Origin: Acidobacteriota bacterium
Lineage (GTDB): Bacteria; Acidobacteriota; UBA6911
NCBI GenBank assembly: GCA_963664705.1
Contig: OY761556.1
Span: 1,920,001 to 1,984,000, forward strand
Length of the DNA: 64,000 nucleotides
Reading direction: 5' to 3'
The notes beneath the pieces are model-generated. The model was not told where the DNA came from and searched no databases. It saw nothing but the letters and a program-made list of their open reading frames with translations. Positions 40,125 to 50,323 of this stretch are shown here, piece after piece. Position 1 is the first letter of the stretch, and every line of letters begins with the position of its first letter. The position numbers and the translations under genes were made by a program.

Positions 40125-40185
40125 GGAGCGCGGTGGCTTGCCACCGCCTTCGTTTTCAAAGGCGGCAGCAAGCGACGGCCGTCCC
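40125..40185. repeat. Inverted REP-like doublet between convergent genes
   Basis: ggagcgcggtggcttgccaccgcctt followed by a degenerate inverted copy, aaggcggcagcaagcgacggccgtccc. Confidence 0.6.
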
Positions 40186-40190
40186 GGAGC

Positions 40191-41609
40191 TTATCCTTTA
40201 ACAGCCACCTGGATCGGTTTAAACATCTTTTTGCTTACCTTGCAAAGCGGGCAGACCCAGTCATCGGGGATTTTCTCAAAGGGAGTTCCCGGAGGAATCC
40301 CCGCTGCCGGATCTCCCTTGGCGGGATCGTAGACATAGCGACAAACCGGGCACATATAGCGGGTTTCCATTCTGGCTTCCGCCGGGGCGGAAGGAGCGGC
40401 ATTATCATTGGGTGCCGCCGCCTTCTTTTGTTCCTGCGACTCGGAATACTTGGTGCGGATCGTTTCAGCCAGCGCCTCCAGCGCCTGGTAGTCCTTTTCC
40501 CTTGGGCGTCCCTTGATGAGCACAGGGGGAAGGAGTTCCACCTTCAGGCTCGGCATCAGCGATTGCAGAGCTTCAGGCAATCGCCCCCCCCATCCAAAAG
40601 ATCCGATGACCGAAAAATATTTTGCCTTCGGGCGCAGCAGATTAGCCAGAAGAGCCGCATAGGCTACCTTCGGATGCGGACCGCCCAGCACCATCGGGGA
40701 GCCCATAACAATGGCGGTTGCATCCACAAGCGACATCGCAAGTTTGCCGACATCCGCGTCAGCCAGGTTGAACTGTTCAGCGTGGATCCCGCGCTCAGCA
40801 CAGGCTTCGACGAGGTGCTCCACCATCCGTCGTGTGCTTTCGTGCATGGAAATGTAGGGAATCACAACCAGGTTCTTGGTCCTGGGGGAAATCCATTCGC
40901 GATAAGCGTCAATGATGCGCTGCGGCTCTTTGTAGATGGGGCCGTGACTGGGGGCGATGAGCTGGGCATTCAGCCTGGTAACAGAATCCATCTTGGCTTC
41001 GATCATGCTTTTGAAGGGCATCATAATCTCGGCATAGTATCGCTTGGCGGAGCTGAATACCTCGGGCTGATCGGTGACGAACAGATCCGCAGTGGCTATA
41101 TGCGAGCCAAACAGATCACAGGTAAACAAAATGCGATTCTGCGGAAGCCACGTCAGCATGGTTTCCGGCCAATGCACCCATGGGAAAGAAATGAACTGCA
41201 GGTTGCGTCCCCCGAGATCCACTGTTTCTCCATCCTGGACAACGCGGATTTTCTCCGCCGGAATTTCGAGCAGATCCATCAGCATTCCTTTGCCTTTTTC
41301 GCTGGTCAGCACCTGCGCCATGGGAAATGCCTCCAGCACGTCCGGGATGGTTCCCGCGTGGTCCTGCTCCGCATGGTTGGCAACAATGTAGTCAATGCGT
41401 TTAAGCTTCAGCGTTTCCAGTCTGGCAAACAGAATATCCCTCATGCTGGGATCGACGCCGTCTATCAGCGCCACTTTTTCAGAGCCCTGAACCACGTAGC
41501 TGTTATAACTTGTCCCATCCGGGAGAGGGATGAGACCGTCAAAGAGCCTGCGGTCCCAGTCGATCGCCCCTACCCACCAGACTCCATCGCTGATTTTCCT
41601 TGCATGCAT
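40191..41609 (-). CDS. Flavodiiron protein (FprA) with C-terminal rubredoxin (flavorubredoxin-type)
   Basis: GTSYNSY, HAEQDH, VHWPE, PSHG, flavodoxin domain, CPVC...WVCPLC rubredoxin. Confidence 0.93.
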   Translation of the reverse strand: MHARKISDGVWWVGAIDWDRRLFDGLIPLPDGTSYNSYVVQGSEKVALIDGVDPSMRDILFARLETLKLKRIDYIVANHAEQDHAGTIPDVLEAFPMAQVLTSEKGKGMLMDLLEIPAEKIRVVQDGETVDLGGRNLQFISFPWVHWPETMLTWLPQNRILFTCDLFGSHIATADLFVTDQPEVFSSAKRYYAEIMMPFKSMIEAKMDSVTRLNAQLIAPSHGPIYKEPQRIIDAYREWISPRTKNLVVIPYISMHESTRRMVEHLVEACAERGIHAEQFNLADADVGKLAMSLVDATAIVMGSPMVLGGPHPKVAYAALLANLLRPKAKYFSVIGSFGWGGRLPEALQSLMPSLKVELLPPVLIKGRPREKDYQALEALAETIRTKYSESQEQKKAAAPNDNAAPSAPAEARMETRYMCPVCRYVYDPAKGDPAAGIPPGTPFEKIPDDWVCPLCKVSKKMFKPIQVAVKG

Positions 41610-41702
41610 GGTTCCTTCATCCTTTCAAACTAGTGCATATAGACCAGTCATGATTTTAGAGCAATATTATAAATTAGCAACTCTACCGGTGAAATGCTCG
41701 AT

Positions 41703-41894
41703 TCAGATCTTCCGCAAAAGTCGGGCGGGCAGCATGATGATGGACGACACCATTGCCAGTACTCCGCCCACCGCAATTCCCACTATTCTGAAAGGGAGCA
41801 GAAGCAGCCAGAGAATTGGATAAAGCACAAGCGCAAGCAGCGCGATGGGCCAGCACAAAACAAAAAGAATGCACCAAAGCAGGAATTTGACCAT
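41703..41894 (-). CDS. Small hydrophobic membrane protein
   Basis: RBS GGGAGG; MVKFLLWCILFVLCWPIALLALVLYP... Confidence 0.75.
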   Translation of the reverse strand: MVKFLLWCILFVLCWPIALLALVLYPILWLLLLPFRIVGIAVGGVLAMVSSIIMLPARLLRKI

Positions 41895-42065
41895 AGTTCC
41901 TCCCAAGGCAAGTAACCATCGTAGCACCTTTTCCAGGTTCGAACTGCATTTTCCGATTTTCTTTCGCCGGCATCACCATTTCTTTGCTTCTTCCTGTCTT
42001 TAAGTCTATCTGAGCCGATTTTTCTGCGATAATACCCTTGGCAGGGCTTCCTCGCGGAGGTGCGG

Positions 42066-42857
42066 ATGGGGCTGACATATTCAAGCTATCTCAAGTTGGA
42101 CCAGCTTCTGGATTTGCAGCAGATGCAGTCGAACGGCAGGGCTCACGATGAGCTGCTTTTCATTGTTATCCATCAGACCTATGAGCTTTGGTTTAGGGAG
42201 ATGCTGCACGAAATCGATTTGCTTCTCGTCTCCCTGGAAACGAGGGAAATCGTGCAGGCGCGCGCGACCCTGAAACGGCTGCGCAGCATTCTGAGGGTAT
42301 TTGTTTCTCAAATAGACGTTCTCGAAACCCTGACGGGACCGCAATTCCTTTCCTTCCGCGACCTGCTGGGCAGCGCCAGCGGATTTCAATCGACCCAGTT
42401 TCGTGAACTGGAATTTGTTTTTGGGAAGAAACGCCCGGAACTGATCCAGGCATTACCGGAAGACTCCGCAGATAGAGCTCGGCTTCAAAAAAGATTTGAT
42501 GGAGCAACCGTGTGGGACTCTTTCATGCATTATCTGTCACAATGTGGCTATGCGATTCCGGCACATGTTTTGAACCGCGATCTGACACGTCCAACCGCTC
42601 CCTCGCGCCAGGTTCAAGCCATTCTTCTGCAAATCTATCGAAAGGATCGCGACACGGCGGATTTTTGCGAACTCCTTCTCGACATTGATGAGGGAATCCA
42701 GGAGTGGCGTTACCGGCATGTCAAAATGGTTGAGCGGATTATAGGAAACAAGAAGGGAACCGGTGGCTCCTCTGGAGTGGAGTATCTGAAATCAACTCTC
42801 TTCAACCCTTCCTTCCCTGATCTTTGGGCGATTCGTTCGGAATTTGAAAAACCATGA
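42066..42857 (+). CDS. kynA: Tryptophan 2,3-dioxygenase
   Basis: Y..YL.LD.LL, HDELLFIVIHQTYELWF, ASGFQS.QFR, ERIIG.K.GTGGSSG..YL. Confidence 0.96.
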   Translation: MGLTYSSYLKLDQLLDLQQMQSNGRAHDELLFIVIHQTYELWFREMLHEIDLLLVSLETREIVQARATLKRLRSILRVFVSQIDVLETLTGPQFLSFRDLLGSASGFQSTQFRELEFVFGKKRPELIQALPEDSADRARLQKRFDGATVWDSFMHYLSQCGYAIPAHVLNRDLTRPTAPSRQVQAILLQIYRKDRDTADFCELLLDIDEGIQEWRYRHVKMVERIIGNKKGTGGSSGVEYLKSTLFNPSFPDLWAIRSEFEKP

Positions 42858-44044
42858 TCCAGCCGGAGCTTCTCTATTCCAGCCCCAATGCGCTTTCTCC
42901 GCATTATTCGCAATTTCGTGTACAGGAACGCCTTTTGCTCACCGGGCATTCGCATCAGGCCTGGCCTGACTGCGGGTTTGAAGGTCAGCAGGAGGCATGG
43001 TTCGATGCCGCAGAGCTCCTGGATAGGAAATGGGATCGGGCATTTCAAAAAGCCGAGGAGGTTCGCTCCGGATTCTCCCGGCTATTGGACGATGTGGGCG
43101 GGGAAATAGCACTGGGCGCCAGTTCCCATGAGCTCGTCATCCGATTCCTGTCGGCTCTGCCGCTCCGCCAAAGACCTCGCATCGTCACAACCGACGGCGA
43201 GTTCCACAGCCTGCGGCGACAATTGGATCGGCTCTCAGAAGAAGGCATTGAGGTTGTTAAAGTTCAATCCTCTCCGGCTTCATCCGCCTGCGACCGATTG
43301 ATCGCGGCGCTGGATGAACGGACCGCGTCGGTAGTGACTTCCTCTGTATTCTTCGAAACCGGAGAGATCGCATCGGGATTCAGGGAACTGATGTCCGCCT
43401 GTCGTCGACTTGGATCCGAACTGCTGATCGATGCTTATCATTCTTTGAACGTTGTTCCGTTCTCCATTAAAAAGGAGCATCTGGAAGATTCATTCGTTGT
43501 GGGTGGAGGATACAAATACTGTCAGCTTGGAGAAGGGAACTGTTTTCTGCGGTTTCCGAAGGAATGTCGCCTGCGCCCGGTCGTCACCGGCTGGTTCAGT
43601 GAATTCGATCGGCTTGAACAAGGATCACAGCCCAGCGTTTTCTATGGGAAAGGATTTGCCCGGTTCGCAGGATCGACCTATGATCCCACCAGTCATTATC
43701 GGGCGGCCGCGGTCTTTCGCTTTTTTGATAAGTGGGGTCTGACGCCCGAATTGCTCCGAACCGTCAGCCGTCACCAGATCCAGTTGCTTGCGGATGGATT
43801 TGACTCACTGGATCTGAATCCGCGGGTAATCGCGCGCAACCGGTCTGTTCCGTTGGATGGGACGGGTGGATTTCTGGTGCTTCGCGCCCGGAACGCGGGT
43901 GCAATCTGCCGGCTGATGTTTGAACGAGGCGTTTATGTGGATTTTCGCGGCGAAGCGCTGCGACTTGGACCGGCTCCCTATCTTTCCGACCGGCAGCTCC
44001 TTGATGCGCTTGGCATCCTCGCGGAAACAGTTCGATGCTATTGA
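42854..44044 (+). CDS. kynU: Kynureninase (PLP class V)
   Basis: ATGA-coupled to kynA; TGHSH, EFHS, DAYH, GGYKY, GWF. Confidence 0.88.
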   Translation: MIQPELLYSSPNALSPHYSQFRVQERLLLTGHSHQAWPDCGFEGQQEAWFDAAELLDRKWDRAFQKAEEVRSGFSRLLDDVGGEIALGASSHELVIRFLSALPLRQRPRIVTTDGEFHSLRRQLDRLSEEGIEVVKVQSSPASSACDRLIAALDERTASVVTSSVFFETGEIASGFRELMSACRRLGSELLIDAYHSLNVVPFSIKKEHLEDSFVVGGGYKYCQLGEGNCFLRFPKECRLRPVVTGWFSEFDRLEQGSQPSVFYGKGFARFAGSTYDPTSHYRAAAVFRFFDKWGLTPELLRTVSRHQIQLLADGFDSLDLNPRVIARNRSVPLDGTGGFLVLRARNAGAICRLMFERGVYVDFRGEALRLGPAPYLSDRQLLDALGILAETVRCY

Positions 44045-45552
44045 GGACGACCGTCTTTGAGGCGCAGGGTTCTATGGATTTCCTTTGGGATTTCATCCTG
44101 TCGATGCGTGACGAACACCACCGTGGTATCTCCACGTTTTATCAGCCTGTCGACCAGCTCGAGAAAAATTGAGCGATGTTCCAGATCCAAACCCTGGCAG
44201 GGCTCGTCCAGAAGTATCAAGTCCGGTTTTCTCACGACGGCACGGGCAAGCAGCACCATGCGCTGAGATCCGGTGGATAGGGAGTGCAACGGTTGATCCG
44301 AATTGGATATCAGCCCAAACCGCTTTAGAACCCGCAGGGCCGCGGATCTCTGCGTGGGCGAAATTCGCTTAAAGCAGCCGATAGTTCCATGGAACGCGGA
44401 AACCACGGTTTCAAGGCAGGTCTGATCTTCTGGAAAATGGAGATGCAATTCCGGCGAGATTCCGCCAATCCTTTGCTTGATCCTCCAGATACTCTCACCG
44501 CTGCCGCGCCTCTTTCCGAAAAGATACACATCATTGGCATAGGCCTGCGGATTATCGCCGTTGATCAGACTCAGCAGTGTACTCTTGCCCGAACCGTTGG
44601 GCCCCAGCAGCGCCCAGCTTTCACCCCGTCGAATAATCCAGTCAATACCGGAAAGGATGTCTTTCCGGCCATAGCGGACCGAGACATTCTCGAGTCGAAC
44701 AAGCTCCTCGCCAGGCGCTTGGGCAGAGCTTTCAGGCTCGGGCTGGGCGCGCGGCGGTTTGAGATTGGGCCGATACCGCGCCCGGATGATCGGGTGCCGC
44801 ATCATTTCCCCAAAGCGACCTTGGGCAACGATGCGGCAGCCGTCCACTACCAGAAGGTTGGTAATCCCCTTCGGCACCTCATGGAGCAGGGCATCGATGA
44901 GGAGAATCTGAACGGAACCCCTTCGCATCAGAGCCTCGATGATTTCCATCAGGTGCAGCCGGTATTGCTTATCCAGCCCGGCGAAGGCATCGTCAAGGAT
45001 CAACAGTTTCGGTTTGCGCAGCAATGCTTGTGCGATCAGTACCTTGCGCATCTCGCCGTTGGATAGAGAAATCAGCGTGCGCCGCAGCAAAACGCCGATC
45101 TGCATCACATCTATGATCCGTTTTCGATGGGTGTGGAAAGCTCCGGGCGATTGTTCTCTGCGGGCTCGCACCTCAAACGGATTGATTTCCTCCACCATAG
45201 CCTGCGACAAAAAGCGGCTGACCGAGATGGCCATTTCCTGCTCGATGCTGAACCAGCGCGCGGCGTCCGGCGCCTCCCCTGCCGCCGCCTGGTGCTGTTT
45301 GAATGAAACCAGGCGAATGCAATCTTCGGGCGATTTGCCTTCGGACGGACGCAGATCGTATTTTATCTCTCCTTGAACGATCGGAATCTCTCCGGCAATC
45401 GCTCGCGCAAGGATCGTCTTTCCGGAGCCATTTTTCCCTACAATGGCCCAATTCTGCTTCCGGTCAAAAATCCAGTGGCTGTTTGAGAACAGGAGCCTGT
45501 CACCGAGTCGCAGTGTGACATTGGAAAATTCGATAAGAGGTCGAGACGGCAT
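44038..45552 (-). CDS. Duplicated ABC ATPase, ModF-like
   Basis: Two ABC cassettes: GKNGSGKT/LSNGE/LILDD and GPNGSGKS/LSTG/LLDEP. Confidence 0.88.
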   Translation of the reverse strand: MPSRPLIEFSNVTLRLGDRLLFSNSHWIFDRKQNWAIVGKNGSGKTILARAIAGEIPIVQGEIKYDLRPSEGKSPEDCIRLVSFKQHQAAAGEAPDAARWFSIEQEMAISVSRFLSQAMVEEINPFEVRARREQSPGAFHTHRKRIIDVMQIGVLLRRTLISLSNGEMRKVLIAQALLRKPKLLILDDAFAGLDKQYRLHLMEIIEALMRRGSVQILLIDALLHEVPKGITNLLVVDGCRIVAQGRFGEMMRHPIIRARYRPNLKPPRAQPEPESSAQAPGEELVRLENVSVRYGRKDILSGIDWIIRRGESWALLGPNGSGKSTLLSLINGDNPQAYANDVYLFGKRRGSGESIWRIKQRIGGISPELHLHFPEDQTCLETVVSAFHGTIGCFKRISPTQRSAALRVLKRFGLISNSDQPLHSLSTGSQRMVLLARAVVRKPDLILLDEPCQGLDLEHRSIFLELVDRLIKRGDTTVVFVTHRQDEIPKEIHRTLRLKDGRPQ

Positions 45553-45569
45553 TCTATCCTTCAAATATC

Positions 45570-46328
45570 CTATTTCTTTGATTCCTGGGCCAGGTCTCCC
45601 AGGATAGTTCCGAATTCTTCCAGGTATTGTTTTTTGCTGGCATGCGAAGGAAGATGCCACACCATTTCAGACAGATTCCTGGTCATGGTTGGAATCCACT
45701 GATAAGGGATGGATAGGACCACCGAATTATCAGGAAAGAGTTCCCGCCCCTTCATCCCGTGCACCATATCCGGAACAATAAAGTTCACCTTCCCGCTCTG
45801 AAACGGATAAATAAACAGCCACGCACACCCCATGACCGGAGTCGTACGGGAGTTATACAACTCTCCGGTCGAATAGGTCATCGATCGCATAAGGATCTCC
45901 GCGTTTGAATGATCCGCAGTTATTAGAATCAAGTCGGGCTCAAAGGTCAGTTTTTCAAAACGCGAAAAGGTAACATACCGTACAACATTGGCCGGGAATT
46001 TGGGGACGTGTTGGTAGAAGGCGAAGTTTGCGCGCGCCTCCTGGAAAATCTGGAGTCGCTCCCCGATCTGTCCACTTTCGGCGAACGCTTCCATTTCCTG
46101 CATCCCAAGGAGGATTTTGCCGACGCAGGTTTCCTTGACCTCACGAGCCAGGTAAAAGGGTTCGGACGTTTGCTGCGCCTCCACCAGCATCTCGCATAGA
46201 GACAGGCTTTTCTCTTCTGGAAGCGGCTGGATGCCCTCCGGGGGGAAGAAGGAAAACTTGATTCCGATCGGCGGTCGCTCAAACTCAAATTTTGAGTAAA
46301 TGGACAGGTCTGTCTGCAGGGGCTTCAT
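45570..46328 (-). CDS. DUF169 domain protein
   Basis: PPIGIKF, LCEM, TCVG..LG, FEPDLI, GC. Confidence 0.8.
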   Translation of the reverse strand: MKPLQTDLSIYSKFEFERPPIGIKFSFFPPEGIQPLPEEKSLSLCEMLVEAQQTSEPFYLAREVKETCVGKILLGMQEMEAFAESGQIGERLQIFQEARANFAFYQHVPKFPANVVRYVTFSRFEKLTFEPDLILITADHSNAEILMRSMTYSTGELYNSRTTPVMGCAWLFIYPFQSGKVNFIVPDMVHGMKGRELFPDNSVVLSIPYQWIPTMTRNLSEMVWHLPSHASKKQYLEEFGTILGDLAQESKK

Positions 46329-46566
46329 AAGGATCTCCTTTGGAGTAATGGCTTTTATCTTTTAGCATTGCGTCCGGATACACGCAAGCTCCAGAAATGG
46401 GAAAGGAAGATCGGAAATTCTAACCGCTTGTGTCCCCGTTTGGAATGTGCTAAAAATCGCCGACGCAAAGCTTAAAGGCTGTTGGACGAAGTCTGACACG
46501 CGCAGGCTCCGCACGATGTGGGCCTTGGTGAAGGCTCTGCTAAGCAAAAATCGAGGAGATAACACT

Positions 46567-47391
46567 ATGAGCAGACTTGATGGGAAAGTAGCACTTATCA
46601 CCGGTGGCGGCAGGGGCATAGGCGCTGCGATCGCAAAACGCTTTGTCGAGGACGGAGCGAAGATTGTTATCAGCGATATTCAAAAGGGTCTTCTGGAAGA
46701 AACCGCCAATTCTCTGAAATCCAAAAACGTTGCGGCATGTGCCGGCGACGTCACCAATTGGGACGACGTGCAGAAGATGGTGGCCGAAACCGTAAAGTTC
46801 GGTGGAAAAATCGACATTCTTGTCAATAACGCAGGGATCGATCCCGGCGGGAGCATCATTGATATCGACATCGCTTTGTGGAAGAAGATTTTGGACGTAA
46901 ACCTGAACGGTCCGTTCCTTTGCATGCGCGCCACGCTTCCCGAGATGATCAAACAGGGCGGCGGATCCATCGTAAATATAGCATCGCTGGCCGGCGTTCG
47001 CTGCCTGCCGTCGATGCCTTCCTATTGTGCATCCAAGGGTGGATTGATTCAGCTGGCGCTGCAATGCGCGCTGGAATACGGGCCCAAGGGGATTCGAAGC
47101 AACGTCGTAGCCCCCGGAGCAACCCGAACGGACATGCTGGTCAACGCGATGAAAGGGCTCTCCGAAGCTCTCAAAAAAGATGCATTCGAAGTGTTAACCG
47201 AAAGTGTCCCGCTGCGCAGAGCTGCAGAGCCGTATGAGATCACGGGCGCATGCTCCTTCCTGGCCAGCGACGATGCGGCATTCATTTCAGGTGCGGTGCT
47301 CCTGGTTGACGGCGGCGCTGCCATCGTCGATGTCTCGGGCGCATCTGTCAGCAAAGCCGGAGAGGCTTCAGGCAAGAGCTGGGGCGTGTAG
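46567..47391 (+). CDS. SDR-family oxidoreductase
   Basis: TGGGRGIG, NNAG, YCASK. Confidence 0.95.
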   Translation: MSRLDGKVALITGGGRGIGAAIAKRFVEDGAKIVISDIQKGLLEETANSLKSKNVAACAGDVTNWDDVQKMVAETVKFGGKIDILVNNAGIDPGGSIIDIDIALWKKILDVNLNGPFLCMRATLPEMIKQGGGSIVNIASLAGVRCLPSMPSYCASKGGLIQLALQCALEYGPKGIRSNVVAPGATRTDMLVNAMKGLSEALKKDAFEVLTESVPLRRAAEPYEITGACSFLASDDAAFISGAVLLVDGGAAIVDVSGASVSKAGEASGKSWGV

Positions 47392-47392
47392 T

Positions 47393-47568
47393 CGAATTAC
47401 GAATTACGAATTACGATTGACGAATGGTGGGGTAAACGCCATTCGTCAATCGCCTCAACTTCCTTCAGCAGGTTTTCGGTTTTTCCCCGGCAGGCAATAG
47501 GCAGGAAAGGGAATGACGACCGACAAACTGTCGTTCCATCCGTCAATCGTCATTCGTCAATCGTAAGT
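47393..47568. repeat. Heptamer tandem repeats (CGAATTA / CGTCAAT) in inverted arrangement
   Basis: cgaatta x3 + cgattga at 47393-47420; 14-bp inverted repeat 47414-47427/47439-47452; reverse-complement-type units at 47541-47568. Confidence 0.8.
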
Positions 47569-48012
47569 CTACTTGTTGGTGACCATCGGGTATTTCAATT
47601 CCACCCAGCGGATAGATCCGCCACTCAGAACCTTCACCTTATCTTTGTCAAATCCCAGCTTGTAAAGCTCATTGGCGAGATTGGCGCTGCTGGCATCGTC
47701 GGTGCAGTCACAATAGGTAATAACCAATTTGTCCATGGGAAGCGCGATCAGCATCATCTGCCGGTCGGTTGGATCTGCATTGGCGTCATAATAAACGTTC
47801 ACGGCTCCCTTGATATGCCCCGCGTCATAGCTCCCACTGTCCCTCACATCCACGACTACGAACTGACCGGCGCTCTGATCCACCATCTGCTTCAGTTCTT
47901 CCGCTTTGATCCGGGGAATATTGGGAAGTACCACCTTTTCCTCGGAGAAAGCAGTGATTACTGGGAGTAAGGGCAATATTAGGATCAGAAATACAAAAGC
48001 TCTAATCTTCAT
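47569..48012 (-). CDS. Exported rhodanese-like protein
   Basis: Signal peptide; VDVRD...YDAGHIKGA, TYCDC, L.GG...W. Confidence 0.88.
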   Translation of the reverse strand: MKIRAFVFLILILPLLPVITAFSEEKVVLPNIPRIKAEELKQMVDQSAGQFVVVDVRDSGSYDAGHIKGAVNVYYDANADPTDRQMMLIALPMDKLVITYCDCTDDASSANLANELYKLGFDKDKVKVLSGGSIRWVELKYPMVTNK

Positions 48013-48235
48013 TTTTCCTCTCTTTTCTACATTGGCTAAGTCATGGCGGGGGCATCGAACCTCCCCGCATATGGTAAGTTAATCCCCCTATGGCCAAGAG
48101 TCAATCTGTGCTTGTGTCGTGAAGTGGAATGTCCTATAAGTAAGGTCGCCGCGAGGGCTCGGGTCCAACTCGATAACCGCCGGCATACCGGATTCGGGCG
48201 GCAATGGATATGAACAATCATACGGAGGTTTCATT

Positions 48236-49330
48236 ATGAAAATAAAAGCAGCGGTGGTACGCGAGAAAGGTGCCCCTTTTGTCATCGAGGATATCGAACT
48301 TGACGAACCAAAGGGAGATGAAGTTGTTGTGCGTATTGCGAGTACAGGACTCTGCCACACGGACCTCGTCGCCCGTATGCAGTTTATTCCGGTACCTCTT
48401 CCCGGCGTTTTCGGCCATGAAGGAGCCGGCGTTGTTGAAAAGGTCGGCCCGTTGGTCACCAAGGTCAAACCCGGAGATCATGTTGCCACCAGTTTCATGT
48501 CATGCGGTACCTGCCCATGCTGCAAAAAGGGAAAGCCCGGCTGGTGCTCCGAATTCCGCAGACTGAACTTCGGCGGAAGACGTCCAGATGGCACCGCGAC
48601 AATGAAGAAGGGAAGCGAAACTATTTACGGATCCTTCTTTGGACAATCAACCTTCGGTTCCTATGCGCTGATGGGTGAACGGAGTGTCATCAAGGTCCCA
48701 TCGGATGTCCCGGTGGAAATCCTTGCGCCGTTGGGATGCGGCATCCAGACCGGTGCCGGCGGAGTCATCAATACCCTGAAGGCAGGTCCCGGATCAGCTA
48801 TCGCCGTTTTCGGCATCGGGTCCGTCGGGTTGAGCGCGATCATGGCTGCGGTTGTTTGTGGCTGCACGAAGATCATCGCGGTTGACATTATGGAAGAACG
48901 TCTCAAATTGGCCAAAGAATTCGGGGCCACTGATGTCATCAACTCGGGCAAGGTGAACGCCGTGGATGAAATCCGCAAACTGACCGGAGGCGGGATCGAA
49001 TTCACATTGGAATGCACGGGAATTCCAAAAGTATTCCGTCAGGCAGTTGATGCCCTCATGATGGGCGGTACCTGCGGCTTGATCGGTGTGGCTCCGGTCG
49101 GAGTGGAAGCGAATCTGGAAATGCAACATATCCTTGACGGCCGCACCATCAAAGGCTGCGTCGAAGGGGATTGCATTCCGGACATCTTCATCCCTCAATT
49201 GATCGAGCTCTACAAACAGGGCAGATTCCCATTTGACAAGCTGCTGAAATTCTACTCACTCGACCAGATTAACGAAGCGGTCGAGGATACGGAGAAGGGA
49301 AGGGCTTTGAAGGCGGTTCTGAAGCCTTAA
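48236..49330 (+). CDS. Zn-dependent NAD(P) alcohol dehydrogenase (aryl-alcohol DH-like)
   Basis: GLCHTD, GHEGAG, CGTCPCC, APLGCGIQTGAG, G.GSVGL. Confidence 0.94.
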   Translation: MKIKAAVVREKGAPFVIEDIELDEPKGDEVVVRIASTGLCHTDLVARMQFIPVPLPGVFGHEGAGVVEKVGPLVTKVKPGDHVATSFMSCGTCPCCKKGKPGWCSEFRRLNFGGRRPDGTATMKKGSETIYGSFFGQSTFGSYALMGERSVIKVPSDVPVEILAPLGCGIQTGAGGVINTLKAGPGSAIAVFGIGSVGLSAIMAAVVCGCTKIIAVDIMEERLKLAKEFGATDVINSGKVNAVDEIRKLTGGGIEFTLECTGIPKVFRQAVDALMMGGTCGLIGVAPVGVEANLEMQHILDGRTIKGCVEGDCIPDIFIPQLIELYKQGRFPFDKLLKFYSLDQINEAVEDTEKGRALKAVLKP

Positions 49331-49344
49331 AGCTCAATGGACAT

Positions 49345-49386
49345 TCGTGAAATTCGTGGCCGAAACACGCACCACGAATTTCACGA
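49345..49386. repeat. REP-like 15-bp inverted repeat between convergent genes
   Basis: tcgtgaaattcgtgg / ccacgaatttcacga. Confidence 0.75.
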
Positions 49387-49401
49387 CATTGTCTATAGCG
49401 A

Positions 49402-50217
49402 TTAGACTTTAAGCGGCTTCAGACGGGCATTGCGCGTGGATTCGCTGCTCGGTTTTCCCGTTACCGGGTGGACGAAGTGATAGGGAAGAATATACCCGGT
49501 AACATAACGCAGATCGCTTTTGTCCATCGGTTGATCCGGCACGAACTGTGGTCCGCCAGGGGCCGATCCGCCCTTCAGCATCGGACCGGCAATGTCCTCC
49601 GGCAGGATCCATCCATCCTTGATCCTGACACCGTACGGGATTAGCCAGTTGATCGACAACATCTTCCAGATACCCCCCTCTTTGATATACCCGATCTCGT
49701 AAATCCCATTGATGAAAGAGCGCGAAAAGGCGGGAGGTTGTCCCTCCTTTACCGCTGCGGGCATCATCACTCCTCCGAACGCGTACCATCGTCCCTTGGC
49801 AGTCTTCCCGTCCGGTGCAACCGTGATTAGCCCGGCCGAGGGAATGAGTTGGTGCTGGAATCCCACCGGAGGCACCTGGTTGACATCAAAGTACTTCCGA
49901 ACCCCGGCTTTTCCCTTCCATTTGCCCTCCAGCCAGTCCAGTAGCACGTCCGGACTGTCGGCAAAGCAGTCAATTATTTCTTGTTTCATCATATGTTCGA
50001 CGTAATAGTTATAGGCATACTGCAGCCGTTGAATCGACTGGACATCTTCTACCTGCTGCAGACGTTTTTCGAGAGCTTCCACCTTTGCTTCCAGGGATTC
50101 CTTGCCCGGGGTGGCGGCGCATCCGGCAGTGACGGCTCCTGCCGCTGCGATGGCTGTCCCGGCGGCGACCTCCTTGACGAATCCCCTTCGAGTGCTTTTC
50201 GTTTCTCTCTTGCCCAT
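49402..50217 (-). CDS. SnoaL/NTF2-family protein with a Tat signal
   Basis: STRRGFVK twin-arginine motif; ED...I..LQ..Y.Y, I.VAPDGKTAKGRW, Y...YIKE.G.WK; C-terminal PYHF.HPVTG. Confidence 0.82.
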   Translation of the reverse strand: MGKRETKSTRRGFVKEVAAGTAIAAAGAVTAGCAATPGKESLEAKVEALEKRLQQVEDVQSIQRLQYAYNYYVEHMMKQEIIDCFADSPDVLLDWLEGKWKGKAGVRKYFDVNQVPPVGFQHQLIPSAGLITVAPDGKTAKGRWYAFGGVMMPAAVKEGQPPAFSRSFINGIYEIGYIKEGGIWKMLSINWLIPYGVRIKDGWILPEDIAGPMLKGGSAPGGPQFVPDQPMDKSDLRYVTGYILPYHFVHPVTGKPSSESTRNARLKPLKV

Positions 50218-50323
50218 GATTTTTCTCCCTAGTAATGGCCGAAGGTATTGATTGATAGGTTTTCTGTTTCTAGCACACTCGACAAAACGAGTACAAGGAA
50301 TAAGCGCGGCCAGTGCGGGAAGC

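Noticed and set aside
40104-41633. Long antisense ORFs (509 aa here; also 2162-3325 and 62362-63648)
   Set aside because: Shadow frames opposite well-supported genes in GC-rich DNA, with no recognisable motifs.
46455-46500. c-di-GMP-I riboswitch (GACGCAAAGC)
   Set aside because: The upstream GGCAAA...GAAA tetraloop stem is absent; only a short motif matches.
47393-47568. CRISPR array
   Set aside because: Units are 7-bp tandem repeats with no spacers, and there are no cas genes in the window.
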